From Iphione sp. A-MEVVRFRX5 (taxonomy: Eukaryota), in contig OZ320317.1 in NCBI GenBank assembly GCA_976226885.1, positions 82,894,001 to 82,958,000 on the forward strand: a stretch of 64,000 bases of DNA, given 5' to 3'. The notes below the pieces were generated by a model. The model saw only the letters and a program-made list of their open reading frames with translations. It had not been told where the DNA came from and did not search any database. Below are positions 1 to 14,034 of the stretch, in pieces (position 1 is the stretch's first letter; the number at the start of each line of letters is the position of its first letter). The translations under genes and the position numbers were made by a program.

Positions 1-173
1 GTGGAGAGGTTTACTTTATCAAGTAGCTGCAACGCACAATCCAGTATTCCGTCCTCAAACTGAAAAAAAAGAAATGAATCTGTCTATCCCTCCGACAATT
101 CACACAACATCAATACTGAAATGCTAAAAAAATTCACATTTGCTTAACTTGTCTTCCGTCTAATATTTCACAC

Positions 174-2797
174 CTGTCCGTAGTTCCATGGCCGTGACGT
201 TATCTGCTTGTGGTTCCCCGTGAAGACTTTTCCTGCTTCGTTTAGCACAGTTTCGTCTCTCCAAACTTCATCTGGCATAAAGGTCTGGTCCTCTGAGCAA
301 CAAAAGTGCATACTGTACATTCAGCTGAAGAAAACTGATACATGTACATAGGCCTAATGTATACATGTATATGTACAAATATACTACATACCCTAGGTGA
401 TATGCTTTGTAAGGGCCGGTTTCCATATTGCATTGCATGTGTATTGCCTGTCCATTGCATGAAATTACCAACACACGCTTTCGATAGAGTTGTTTCCATA
501 CATGTGTTGTGCATATGCATTGTGTTTGCATTGATTGTTCTTTTTCAGTCAATGCTTGTTACTTTTGCACAAATACATGCACATGCTTGAGTAGGGTATG
601 GAACTGGAGCATAGAACCAAGCTTAGGGTAGGAGATCTATGTATGAAATGGACTTATTTGCATATTATTAGCGACAAGAATTCAGAATATGCAAAAGTTC
701 AAATTATTTGGAGAATGAAAACTGCATGTTTGGCACAAATTTAGAATATTTATGGGAAAACCCTTACATTTGGCACCGTTCCAGAGCATTAGACGAACAA
801 CACACCATTTCCACAGTTATTGTCGAGAAATATAACCTCTCACAAGCCCTCTCACACAATGCAAATATAAGCAAAAGGATAACCCCCTGTGTTTAACACA
901 AGGGAACACGGGATGGCTGGAGGAGGGGGGGTATGTACAAGCAGGCAAAAGGATATACTCTGTGTTTCCTTGTTTCGTTACAATCGATGATGATGCTGTG
1001 CAAAGGCATACAGACGGATAAACAAGTATGGGAACAGGCCCCAGGAGATCATGACATGTGGTTTTATGATAAAAAACGCTCTTGGTGATTAAGCATGCCA
1101 TGTGTATGTTCAATGTCCTGTCTTGAAATGGCTATCTCACCTATCCAGCTAGTTTGGAACACTGATAATCGGAGCTGCATAAAGCTTAGTCATTCCTAAC
1201 CAATGTAGCTTAGTCTTGATCAAAGTAGTCATATTTACTAACATCTTATAAGATGTTAGTCTCTATGGACTAGGATTTTAGTATCTGCATGACATTTGTC
1301 AGTGGAACTCTCCTTCACAAAGATAAATAAATCCATTTCCTGAAACCCCATCATCAAGGGCTGTTTGTGCCTCGTTCATCTCTCACTCCAAACATCAAAA
1401 TATACAATATTGGATTCTAGAAAATGATAAAAAGAAGGACCAAGAGACAGAAGAAATAGTACTTGAAGAATTACATCAGTATTTACAGTTGACAGTGTCT
1501 AATTTTTGTGGAGAAAGGCCAGGAAAGTCAGCAGTCAACTGAAAGTCCTTTTGGTGCCTATTTTCATCAATATCACTGATTTTCAAGCAAAAATAAGGCC
1601 AGGATACCTTCAAATGTAAGTACTTTTAATTATTCAATACATAAACATCTTTAGTTGTGCACTAGTTATCTGTCTTTTCGTTTTTGCTGACTAATTCCAG
1701 TTAGACTTCAATAGATTAGTCAAAGTGACTAGTATGTGAAACAGATCAGTCCATTGTGACCATACAAACTTAGTAAAACAGACTAACAGATTAGTCAAAA
1801 AATTCCTAGAAATGAAATTTTATTAGTCATAATGACTAACCTAAATATTTATTTGAACATCTCAGATTAGTTATTTTGATCTATATGCTTAGTCAATTTG
1901 ACTAACCTGAAGTACATATTCCTGGAAATTTGATGACTAATGTTCTTAGTCATGTAAGACTAAGGTGACTAACTTGCCTTAGGTCACTTTTGGCACTGTC
2001 GTTTTGACCTAAGAAAGTTAGTCACCGATGACTAAGATTTCAAGGCCTGAGATTATCAGTGAACCAGTGTGTTTTACTTGTTTTTTTTTAATCAGAATGC
2101 ATGAGAATAATTGATCAAATTGTAAAGGTAATTATGGAACTGCGCGATGTAAATACACGGGATTCAATTTCTCAAAGGATTCAATTTCTCAAAGTATAAG
2201 GCTAATGGCTTAGATAATACATGTACATATACCTTGTTTTCCTTATGAGATCATGAGTTTCAAACTTTAAAGATCAACTCACCTTTGCACCACGGGTTAA
2301 ACAAAATGTATATCCCCTCCGTGTGTGTATATCGAAACACTGTGGGTTCCTGATCGTCTTCGTCCAGCTCAACCGATGACGTCTCAATGCTGAGGCGCCA
2401 TTTGCCTACCACTGCGCGGGGTGACGCCTGCATACTGAGGAACAGGTCGTTTTCCGTCTGTCCTTTAACAGCGGCACTCCACTTCCGCGCTTCGAGACGA
2501 TTTCGGAGTGGCAGACGCTGCTCAGTTTCCCGGCTGACTTTGGGCTCCTCTCCTAAAGAGACAGGACAGGCACGCAATCATATTCCTGTGAACCACCCGG
2601 GGAACTACCCTAGATTTTCAACATGAGTGGATCTCCAAGAGGTCGTCTTACCTGGTGTGGGGTAGCAGAATCAGCTATCAAGAAAACATGCATTTACAGT
2701 CGGAACCCTAATTCCGACCAACCCTCCGGTCCGAGCTCAAGTGGTCATAATAGCAAGAAAAGTTGGAAGTTGATTGGGGGAATTAAACCCGGGAATT

Positions 2798-2864
<67 letters not shown>

Positions 2865-5343
2865 TAAGTAATAATGATTCGACGTTAATGCCTTGGGTCA
2901 GCTTGAATAGAAATGAGCCATTTGTCAGCTTGACTTGCAGTTGGATCATTATCCCTTTGAGCATGACTTCAGAAGGGTTGCTGTTTATGCTTTGGGTCGG
3001 CTTGCGTCACACCTCTACGGTTATCCCTTTGAGGAAGACTTCAAACGGTCGCAAATCGACATTAAATTATAAAAGAAATGGCCCTAGCGTCAGTGGTCGT
3101 AGGATGAAATCAGTCGTAAATCGATTCAGTCAGAAATCAATCACTTTGTACATGTATTTTGATTAGGCTATCTATAGAAAATATTTCTATGCTGAGGTTA
3201 ATCAGTTGCATTAGCAAATTGGGCCAGAAATTGATGCAGTAGCAAATAGGGTTTCGACTGTACTAGGGACATCCTGGATCCCGCCCAGTTATAACCACAC
3301 TCCTAGACTTTCCCGGCGGTGGCGTGTTTTGCTGGAAGCGACAAAGGTGGATAACCTCATGAAGGTCGGGAGACATCTGAGAAATCCGGGAACTAATGAA
3401 GTGCATGGAAACCCTCCCCAGAGAGCCTGAGCGTGTCTATTGGCGCCTCGTGATGGGGGGGGGGGGGGGCTCTTTGAAGCATGGGAAAGGAGGGTGGGTT
3501 CTGGGTGAAGGAGGTGGCGTTTGTAACATGGATGGATATCATTGTACTCAGAGCACCCGACCAACCAGAACAAACTCAGCCTTCATTGCAAAGAGGATAA
3601 ACTCGCTGCTCACCGGGAGAACACATTCATGTGAACAAAATTTCCCAACAACTGGCCATGTATTGTTGTACAACCAAGGCATTTAAATTATTGAACATGG
3701 TGAGTAACACATATTGCATATTTGCCACCTTTTTTGGGTTAGATGCTCGCCCGGCAGTTTACATAAATAGTTCCCCAAAAAGATGCAAACTGCATTCTTT
3801 ATTTCCTAGAATGATTCAGCATGTGCCATGTAAAACACATCATTCAATTTGCACATTCAAATCAATGATATGATAATATAGACTTACCAATTTGTAACTG
3901 AAGGTAAATTTTATCCTTATCTTTTCTGTATGGCCTGTTGAGCGTAAGCTTGACATTGAATGGCTGTCCGCGCCTAACGGTAAGCAGTGGGATTTCACCT
4001 GTACACACACATGTAGGAACTGAATATAACGCATTACGACACGACAAGACAAAAGTTTCATTTTCACAACACGCAGGCATAAATAAAAGTATTATCTTGT
4101 GGGATCCGTTCAGAAAAATCTCAATTAACCTAATGAATAATTTCGGTAGGCTATCGCAATTTTGTGATGTATGTACATTGTATATATGCATATCTTTGCT
4201 GCATCGTCATAATTTGGGGTTGGAATTTTAAAAAATAGAACAGTAATCCCCCAGGTTATTGGGAAAAGGGGAAACTATTTTTCAAGTTTTTACCATTTTC
4301 CACACTTTTATTTTAGTTTTCCCACCTTTGTTTTTACTTTTGTTGGATTTGATGATTTCTTGCTTTTCCTAAGTATGCTGCTCTAAAAATAATATAATTG
4401 GGTAACCCTTTCATCTAGACCTACTCTCCTTAGATATCTTTTTACTAGAGAAATACAGTGACTCCCTCTTAATCAAACTCAGTCTCTTTCCTGTTAAATC
4501 CTTTAGTAAAGATGTTAATTTGTATGAGGGAAACTGAAATACGTGATTTTTAAAATGTCTAAACAAGATATTTTGCAAATGAAGGCCAATTGGACGTAAA
4601 ATTGTTAATCAATTTGCTTTCTAGTAGGCCCTATGCAAACATTGGAACAAAGCGTGGGATTCTCAATTATTTCAATGGAAAATTAATATCACTAGTTATT
4701 TGCAGTGAAGTAGCACTAACTCACTGTCACTGAAGCCTCATATTTTTAGTCTGCCTGAGAGGAAAGATGGACTTACCTGTTATCCTGTCGTCCTCTGTAT
4801 GTTCGTATTCGTTTGTGTGATGGGCCAGTGCATTTTCGCTAACATAAAGATCCAAGCCCTGGACCACCAATGGACGTACTGGATTCTCGTCATTTTGCTC
4901 ACCCTCTACAGCAGACAGCTCTGCTCAGCAGTACAGAGTGAAGGCAATTATCAATCGTGGAATCTAAAATACACCTAAAACAATCTATCTTTGTGTCAGA
5001 GCAATCATATAATCATTTCGCAGTTGAGATTTTGTCCATGACAAATGGGGTTTGATTCTGATTTTGAAAAAGTTTATTGAGAGAAATGTATCATCTTAAG
5101 ACTAGATGTTTTTCAACTATTCCCTCAGTTTATAAGTACATATGCAGTTAGATATGTAGTTGTGTGCAAATCCTCCTCCATTTACCCACCTGTTGTTTCT
5201 GCCACCTGTGGCGCGTGAGACGCGTCGTACGGGATGACTTTCAAGTGGTCTGGGTAAATTGGCTGGAACTCCTGGTCGGGGGATGGATGTCGGCCTGCAC
5301 TGCCAGGCTTCGCTGTCTTACTGCTGCCCAGACGTTGCATCAT
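174..5343 (-). CDS. Transglutaminase (protein-glutamine gamma-glutamyltransferase), 5' part; gene continues beyond the left edge
   Basis: Five phase-consistent GT-AG exons: 5343-5190, 4905-4777, 3998-3888, 2552-2283, 292-174. They give MMQRLGSS...LDLYVSENALAHHTNEYE...LTVRRGQPF...VGKWRLSIET...IYILFNPWCKEDQTFMPDEVWRDETVLNEAGKVFTGNHKQITSRPWNYGQ, the canonical TGase N-terminal sandwich and start of the core (N..HHT..Y, RRGQPF, LFNPWC, RPWNxGQ). The catalytic GQCWVF motif is not in the window. An acceptor at 5361 implies an upstream non-coding exon. Confidence 0.93.
1118..2049. mobile_element. Degenerate non-autonomous DNA element rich in TTAGTC/GACTAA motifs (possibly hAT-type)
   Basis: More than 15 TTAGTC/GACTAA motifs in both orientations. 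The right end ATTTCAAGGCCTG (to 2049) matches a degenerate left end CTGTCTTGAAAT (~1118). No clear TSD. Confidence 0.35.
2801..2862. repeat. (CT)n microsatellite
   Basis: Pure CT run in a transglutaminase intron. Confidence 0.97.
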
Positions 5344-5526
5344 TCGATCCGAGTGCGAAGTCTGAAAGATGCCAAGGGACAGTGTTAAGTTAGCTCCATA
5401 GGCGGAGAAAGCCTGCATGCAATATCGGAGGTCTCTAAGCGCAACGGTATTTATCTATTAAAGTTGACAAAGGTTTGTCGAGAGAACTACTCTGGTGTGT
5501 GAATGAAATGCATATCAGTCTGAGAA

Positions 5527-5539
5527 TGAGAGAGAGAGG

Positions 5540-5595
<56 letters not shown>
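5527..5595. repeat. (GA)n microsatellite
   Basis: Interrupted GA run. Confidence 0.95.
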
Positions 5596-5597
<2 letters not shown>

Positions 5598-6549
5598 GAC
5601 AGACAGGCAGAGAACAAAGGGGTATAGAAGTGAGATCGACCAGCGAAGAAAACAATGTAGTGGAGGGATATAGGTGTAAAATATCAACATTCCGTCGGCG
5701 TAGGTATAGCCATTTTCATGTGAATCATTCAACCTTGTGAGTGCCTGACGATTCTCTCTCGTAAATTCATCAAAGCCATGAAAGGCCGACGAACATCAAA
5801 AGATGAGAGCTCAGACGAACGAAACAGTATCAACACGCAGCTTTATCCCCTCTGGACCAACCAGGAAAGGTTAGAAGCAACAGACATCGATCTGTGCAGC
5901 GAGGCGTGACCGGCTTACAGACGTGGGACATGCTAAGTGAGCGTTTTGTAGCAGCAGCCACTGCCTCATGCCCATTGCTATGGGAGATGGTAACAAACAG
6001 ACGGGGTACAAGGCATTCCTTGAGACCAGTATGATGCAGAGGCCACAGCAGAGTAAAATTTAATAGGTATGAAGGGTAACGATGTTTAATAATTCTCTGT
6101 TTAATAATTCATATGATGTTTGTCGGCCATTCTCAGCTTTGATGAATCTCGGTCTACCATTCATTAAGGAGCATATAATGATTTAACTTCATCCGAAACC
6201 CCCCAAAAAAATCATAAAATTAACAAAGTGTCTCATACCGAATTACATGCAGACAAGCGTGTGCGCATGCATGGGGGATAAGGGCGACTAAAAGCAGAAT
6301 CCCATACAAAATATCTCATTACACGCAGTTGTATCCATTTCCATCGATTGCAGTTCTCATTTCCTGTGTTAAAGTTCGTGTAGCCATTATTGATTGCTAT
6401 ACACCTCCTGCGAAAGTAGCTGCTCTTCCTTTTCTACCATAGTCGGACATGACTTTGCTTGGATCATGCACCCTTGTCCTGCCGAGGTGTAGCCAACAGA
6501 TCAATGTTTCCACTGTTAAAATAGTGCTGATAGATGCCTCGTGGTGGGT

Positions 6550-6618
6550 CTACTCTCCCTCAGTTTCCTCCTCCTGCTCTTCAGTCTCTCTAACGGTTTC
6601 CTCGGTATAACTACCCAA
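6550..6618 (-). CDS. Possible terminal exon of an unidentified gene (acidic tail LGSYTEETVRETEEQEEETEGE*)
   Basis: Pyrimidine tract plus AG acceptor, then an open acidic frame ending in TAG. No homology recognised. Confidence 0.25.
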   Translation of the reverse strand: MGSYTEETVRETEEQEEETEGE

Positions 6619-9536
6619 CTTCAAAATGGAGTATGGAGTAAGACAGGGGCGATATTTGCAGCTACTGGTTCTCATTTGAAATAACAGGCCCTTAAATAAA
6701 TCCAGCGACCGAAGCAGACGAAATTCAGTTACTCGATAATCTCCATGGCTTTCTGAATGGTCACATCAGATTAGACGACAAGGATTGTGACGACACCGGA
6801 GATGGCATTGTATTGTATGATGTTGCCTTTTCCTTGAAGAAAATTCATCAGCAATTAAGGACATAGCGGGTTATGGATGATTGTAGGTTTAAGTTTCCAT
6901 TCACTGGGTAGGTTCTTCTCTTGGCTAGTAAAGACAATGGTGATATCAACGTTTATCTTCAGGGTAGTCTGTCGTCCTTGCACTTGTTTGTTAGCCAGGG
7001 AAAGGCAGAGACCCTGATTTATAATGAGAAATGTCGTGTGAAAGGCTTTTGTCGACGACGTCTGAAGGAATATACTTCACATGTGGTATTGCTTTTGTCG
7101 GGAATGAACAAAATCATAAATACTATAAAAAGTATATATACATGTACAATCAACCCACTTAACTACTTGTATATACGTGTGTGTATGCGCGTGTGTGTGT
7201 GTGTGTGTGTGTGTGTGGTCGGGTCATGGTTGTCAAATTCGTCAGTCACAGTACACATCTTTTGTTTGACTTGTGGTCAAGAGTTGGAACGAAAGGCAAA
7301 GTGATATGAAGTTAAGGTGCCGCTAGGAATGTATGTCTATGCTAAGAAACATGGTCAATACTATTGTGAGTCCAAACCTTACGTACATAACAGACCATTT
7401 AACTGCAAACTTGGCAACTTGCCACCATCCTACGAGTGGTACTAGAGCAGGTCCACCTTGCTTCGTCAGACGGACATAATCTCAGACAGGTTAGATCCAA
7501 CTGGCAACTTTGTACTCATGGATTCTCAAGACTTCAGTCAAGAAGTGATTTATGCATCTACAAGTGCACTTTTAAAGAGCATTGCATATACATGTGTATA
7601 TGTAAACAAAACATAAATATGCATAGGATACGTGGTAGAATATTACTGAGTCAAATGCAAGGTTCACTTAGTCAAAATGCTGTCATCATTCAAAGGTTCA
7701 AACTTGTCCTTTTGTAAGGTTTTCGGATTTGAGCCTACATGTGACATGTTGACTTCTCCATGTATATATGTATGGTTTATGTGTTAATATATGGCATTTG
7801 TCTCTTTGTCTATCTCTTTTATATATAATAGGAAAATTGTACTCCTTTTTACAGCAAAACAAGTAAATGATTGAAAGCAATATAAACGACTAGATCCCGA
7901 TGCCAAATGGAAACCACACACGTATAAAGTTGTGAGGGTAGGTCACACCACTGTTCCCGCTTCGTGGATTCAACGTACGTCTGCCTAGCAGCAATGGTAT
8001 CTGACGTTTTCCCTTAAAGGAGACCGCCGTCCACAGATTTACCTCTCCAGGACTTTGATCAGTAACTGGGGGGAAGATTGATATCCCACTGATCGCACAC
8101 AGCGCATAGAAACATGTAACATGGACCGAACAAATGTCAACACAACCGGCCACGTCCAATGCCCGGTGGGTAACACGTGTAAAGTCAGCCTAATAAGCTA
8201 CTAACAGAGTGCAGGCTTTGGACCTTGTGAGTTGAATCTGTTTACGTTCCCAACATAATGTCTCCCGATGGTGTAGGAGTGTGATTTTGTCGTCCGATAT
8301 ACGAATATCTTCCCCTGTGTGAACAGTTCACGGTATGGTGTATACGATCCAGACACTTTGATACTAAATTTAACATTAATAAATGATACTGTGGTTAATT
8401 ATTTACTTTTCTCCCAAATAAGTGTGCTGGGTGATTTGAATTCTGCTACATAATGTGAGAATGAGATGTAAGACTACCTGCGTTTGGAACATGTAAACCA
8501 AGTTCCTGAGCAAGAGTTTCTTTAAGAAAAGCTTCATCACATATATTTCCAGGTATTTTAGTTACAGTGAGATATCAAACCACGATTCCCCTCTGACTAG
8601 TAGTCAATTTTGGATTCAAGTGTGGCTTACACGGAAATAGATTTCAGCAGCAATGACCTTTATCCTTTTTTACAATCTATTTACCTGTATCCTGTGAAAG
8701 ATAACAGTTTGTGATGATCAAAGGGGGAATCCAATTTATCCCTCTATGCCTTGAAAGCGCTCCTCTCGGCGAACCTCGCGCGCACTTGGCCAGTTCTGAA
8801 GTAGCTACCGGGTAGCCCCCTCACCGGGCCTGCAACGGTAACCCGCTCCAGCCAGTTCCCTCTAAACTCCTTACGTTTATCAACGATCATTACATGCAGG
8901 GAGCTTACGATCAGGCGGCCGCCCACATCGACTGATCCAGTTTGCACGATATACACATGGAGAAATGCTCGATGGTTGGGCACGGAGGAGGAAGTGGGGG
9001 GGGGGGGGCGGTGGTGCCTGCCCGGGCCACCAGTGGTCCCTAGTCCGCTGGCGATCGCCCTATAAGGGGCCTCGTTGAAAAAAAAACACAGCCAAGGTAT
9101 GCTGCAGTGGGAATCTTATGTATGGGACAACATTCCCAGTGTCCAGTGTATGTTGTAACAAACCAGTAAGAGTGAATCCCGGCAAACAAAGCCAACGAAA
9201 TGCGAATCTCTGATACTGTATGGGCACATCTGAAAAGAAAACAGACACGAACAAGTTCATTTTGAAATAATAGTAGACATACATTTATATTTTATATACT
9301 CAAGGAACTCGAGCATACAAGATCACGAAATGATCAAGAACCATGTTCTATATTTGTTTTTGAACTTCAACTTTAAGACTTAATAACATCATATTTTTCC
9401 CCACCCATGAGATTTCAAGGTTCACTCGGATCAATTCCATGTTGATCAACTCTTTTGCATCAACTCTATGTTAAAACAACAGCGATAAATATACAGTTCA
9501 AACGCACGCCATGCAAAATCGTTTAATTTCTTTCAG

Positions 9537-9731
9537 GCAAAACTGTCCCAGCACACAGTTCTACATTTACTCTTCTACTTTCAAAGGCGAATGGGGCTAA
9601 TGTGTTGTGGCATGAGATACAATTGCTGGCAACATGCACGCTGGAGGCGAATGAGGCCATGCGGTATATGATAGACGTACTGCCACGTTTAGTAGATACA
9701 CTGACCAGCCATTCAAGTGGTGCCATGTCAG
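9537..9731 (+). CDS. Possible internal exon of an unidentified gene
   Basis: ttaatttctttcag acceptor and G|GTGAG donor; 64 open codons (KTVPAHSSTFTLLLSKANGANVLWHEIQLLATCTLEANEAMRYMIDVLPRLVDTL...). No homology recognised. Confidence 0.35.
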
Positions 9732-11213
9732 GTGAGAGGCCAGATCAATACCCGACTACTACTAATCGATAGATTGACATCAATCATAAATAGAGGAATA
9801 CTGGTCACATGGATGAACTATTTACGTACGACTGTAAGGCGCGACAACAACATGTAGCTGATCTAAACACAAAAGAAACTCAAATCTCTGACCTTTTCAA
9901 TCTTGGTGGTACATGTACATGTATAGTTCCAAAGAAAAGCAAAGGGAGACATTATATTAATTGTTACTGTCCTTTTTAAGCCCTCTTTATGGAATTTAAT
10001 AGGGTGCAAAATACAGACACATAGGAAACGTTCTAGGTAAAGACAACATCGTTCCCTCCTGGAGAAAATACAGGGCAGATTGCGTTTGATGAAATCCAGA
10101 AGTGATTAAATATTAACGGAGAACATGATACATGTACAATGTACTTGTTAACCGTCTTTGTTTCGACACGTATGGAGAATTCCGTCTAAAGGCTACGTAT
10201 TCTGACAGATACAAGGATGTGTGTCATAACAGCCGTTCTCAAATATTCTTAAAGACCACGCATGATATTCTAGGTTTCCTGCAGGTACTCGATAGACTCA
10301 GAAACGAAGGCCAGCAAGTGCATACTGTAGTACGAAGCAGTTTGCCAATCCGGCGGGACTTGCTCTGGCAATCTGGGAAGAGTTCCGGCATAAGATCTTG
10401 TCCATTATTGTCCAATTGTGAAATATTATGCTTTTATTGTGAAAGTATTAGGGTATGAAATGCATGCAAGGGAGAAGTTGACTCAATAGACAAACACTTG
10501 TGTGTTTCATACCAAAAGTGAACCAGATCTTACCGTGTGGATGAGAATTTGCCGAACTCAATGAGGAACATGCTACAATACATCAGGTGTCACTCAAGAA
10601 CATATATTGCACGGAGCACACTAATTTGGCACTGTTTAGATCGATGTAGGTAAACACAGCCATAAACATTGACATATTAGTATAGATTTGATCTCTGGGC
10701 AGATCCAAGCGTCGGGCTTAGCAGATACTCACGATGTGGACATGAATGAGACAAACTATTACACACTTGTAGAACCTTATCTGATAGACGACAAATGATT
10801 CCCGAAGTTTAAGCCAAAACATCAATTTAAACAGTTTTGTTGATACCGCACAGAATTATCTGAAGGGATATGTTGGCTTACATGTATCTTTTATATGAGC
10901 TCCTTTCATGTTGCCATGAATATTTGAACATTATGAATATAATAGTAAAGAGTCACTAACTCTGTATGCAGGGACTAATTGAACAGCAGTAATATGTGCC
11001 TACTGTAAATTTACCGTACATATTTATGCATAAAGCTCTACACCCAATTTTGAGTGGTTGAATGGGGACTTTAAACGAAGAGTCTTTTCCATTGAGGAGC
11101 ATGCAGTTGCATGGGGCATCTAGTATAGTTTGGGGATCCATTAAACAGGATCGTAAGCCCAAGCACTTCTATCGCTCACAGAACATCTGAAGGTAGTGTT
11201 GACAAATATTGCA

Positions 11214-11347
11214 ACATTTTTAACTGCACATATATGAAACGTACACATATTTGATACACTTTGTTATTTTCCAATTGGACACATTTTTAACTGCACATAT
11301 ATGAAAAATACACATATTTGATACACTTAGTTATTTTCCAATTGGAC
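11214..11347. repeat. 67-bp direct tandem duplication (2 copies)
   Basis: ACATTTTTAACTGCACATATATGAAA...TTATTTTCCAATTGGAC occurs twice back to back. Confidence 0.95.
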
Positions 11348-12995
11348 ACACCTGAAAACCTGGGTTTTCGTTTATTGCACATAGATTGGCCTCGGTGCGT
11401 GACTTTGTTTGGGAGAAAGGCCCACTGCATTCTTGGTGCATTTGGCTGATGGTGACAGAGAGACTGGCCTTGCTGCACTACTTACTGGTGACACCGATTT
11501 GACGAGGAGCAGATTGCAGCCTGACCCTATGGAGCTACAGGTGAACGATGTTTGGCCCCAGTGCAATACTGGCAACACCCATTTACCCACACAGACTGGC
11601 TCCAGGGTGGTAATTGTGTTTGGACGGTAGGACAGAAGTTTTGAGAATAGGGCAATGCCTGAAGACTGTGGGAGACAGGGTTTGCGGAAGACAAGTGGAG
11701 ACAAAAACGGAATGCACGTGGACTGTAGGACACAAAGGGCGACTAGAGGAACAATCGGGGACTGCTATAGGTGGAGGCACTAGTGAAATACATGAGAACT
11801 GTTCATGGCAGGTGGAGACACTAGTAAAAATCACGAGGACTGTCAGTGACATGTGGAGACTGAAGGGAAAGGCATCGGGACAGAAGGAGTATACAAAGAG
11901 ACACACACAGTATTCCAATCCTTGTTAAGGACAACCATGTATTGCAGCAGTTTATGGTAATGTGTCAGTTCTCTGATATAGAGCAGTCTTCCTTTATTTG
12001 TTAGTTGGACAATAACAGTTGCAGTTTGGCTTAAAACGTAGTGAATTGATGTGTAGGGAATGTAAAAAGGTGAACTTTCGTAAATGTTGATAAAACATTA
12101 AAACCAACCTTTATCAATCTCCTGTTAACCAAATTGCAACATTTTGAAGCAATTTTTCGGAAAATACTCTCGACAAACCTTGACTACCGGCCTGCTGCAT
12201 TGTAATGCTCTTATCTTTTTGAGATCTGACTATTCACTGTGAGAATTGAAGCACCTTTTTCGAATTTTGAGTGCCATACCTAACCCACTAAACATCCTTG
12301 CTTTTTAATACAAAAGTATTGCATCACGTTCATCGTCCAGTATTACAAAACTACAAAATGCTATAAACATCACTGATTAAATTACAATGTTCTAGAACTG
12401 TTACATTCTAATATTAACTGATTGTTATGTCCTGACATTTATGTAACATCCCCTGAACATTAGATGCTATATAGAAGACAGTAATCATCATGTAGTCCCG
12501 ACCACCTAGCACCCCACAATGCATACGTCAAGGCTGCCAAGTCAGCCGCATCTCACATGCGACACCCTTTTTTGAACTCTTTCACACACTTCTCTCTCGT
12601 CGCAAGATTCTTTCAGGGCATTTGAAGTAATGATAAGGGTTTGGACCCTCAGAATGAAACCACCTGCCAAGTCACCACCATTACTTGCAACCGTTAAGTC
12701 CGGGAAGCCCCGACGAACAATGGAGTGCAGAGGATGGTGGTAAAGTTTATTTGTTGGTGGGGAGGGGGGGGGGGGGCGGGGAAGGTATTACGAATGGTGG
12801 TGTCACATTCTTCCATGTGCCTTTCTGGCTCCAAAAGCTCCAAAATCATTAACGTAATGTTTTAAAATGGACAGTCGTCATAGACCATAGACTCTTGACA
12901 CTGAGTGATATTCAAGGTGACAACTTAAGAACAGAGATGTATTGAAATACATGTATATCTTTTAATCTGTTTCAGTATACATGTACATGTATACC

Positions 12996-13022
12996 TATAA
13001 ATCACGTGATCAATGACGTCAT
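12996..13022. promoter_or_regulatory. TATAAA + E-box palindrome (ATCACGTGAT) + CRE palindrome (ATGACGTCAT)
   Basis: Motifs read directly from the sequence; function inferred. Confidence 0.4.
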
Positions 13023-13308
13023 CAAGGGACGAGCTGGAGGCGACTTTGGTCATTCTCTGCCTGTTCCTTGGAGAGAGAAAACGTGACTGTCACCCTCTCC
13101 AGTAACGCAGTCAGTTTTCTAACCTTACTGTGAATTGGGGGGGGGGGGGCAGACCACTTGGATTATGCCAGGATTGCATGTGGCCTTCTTATGGTTGCTT
13201 TTGACCATGAGGTTTTGTTGGTATTTTAGGCCAATCTGTGTCAGATTTGGTCGCCTGATCCTACTCATCCTGCCATTTTGTACAGAGTATGGGCTGGAAA
13301 GGAGAGTG

Positions 13309-14034
13309 CAGTAGAAACCCTGTTAACATATGCCTGGCCACTGCGGACAACCCCTACTAAGGACAGAAATAATCCAGAATGCTAGAAACCTTCTATTTCA
13401 TGTTTAATAAGGACCAGCTACTTCTCCAAGCCCTTCTGACACACGTTTCTTAGAGCCCAGCAGTGTCTGCATCTATCATCCCCTCTTCCTCCAGTCATTC
13501 TGTCACCTGATGCCACCTTCCATGTTTTGGTAGATTACACCTTCCTCAGGTGTTGGACAATCAAACCAAAGGCCCAGCAGTGTCTCTGACCGTCATCCTG
13601 ACTTCTCCCAGCCCTTCCATCACACCTTTCTCAGGTGTTGGTGGATCTAAGGAGGAGCCCGGCAGTGTGTGTGGCTGTCCTCCCTGGGTCCGCCAAGGGT
13701 GGTGGTAGTGGGTGGAGGAAGTTGACGGCCCTGGCACCACTGGCTGAGTGAAGGGTGGGGGGTGATAGTGTTTGACTACTCGGCAAATTCACTGCTTTTA
13801 GGACTTTTACTCAACAAATTCGCTACTTTTAGTACTTTAACTCATCAAATTTACTGCTTTTAAAACTTTTACTGGTCAAATTCAGCACTTTGGGGTCCTT
13901 ATCCATCAATTTTAGGCGCTTTTAGGACTAAGGCATGTATTTGTTACTTTATTCCCATGAATCAGCTACTGCAGACACCCCCTACTGCGAACAGAATGAT
14001 ACAAGTCCCTCTGGTGTTCGCAGTGTTTCCACTG
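13309..14034. mobile_element. Degenerate MITE (Tc1/mariner-pogo type) containing a 31-bp minisatellite
   Basis: TIR CAGTAGAAAC / GTTTCCACTG, TA on the right flank. Internal ~31-bp repeats (AAATTCAG.ACTTTTAGGACTTTTACT) at ~13770-13930. Confidence 0.55.

Noticed and set aside
2737-3166. ORFs with ERER/SLSL runs (also 5435-5732 and 30976-31158)
   Set aside because: Translation of microsatellites
6690-8935. CatSper-beta-like similarity (WKLK.T, RFKFP, VAFS, IDLG-like patches)
   Set aside because: The matches fall on both strands, include in-frame stops and lack the conserved NYRPPS/ADPS core; most likely chance
11409-11928. ORFs suggesting an RTE-type LINE fragment
   Set aside because: No real RT motifs; the open frames are explained by a degenerate ~42-bp tandem repeat
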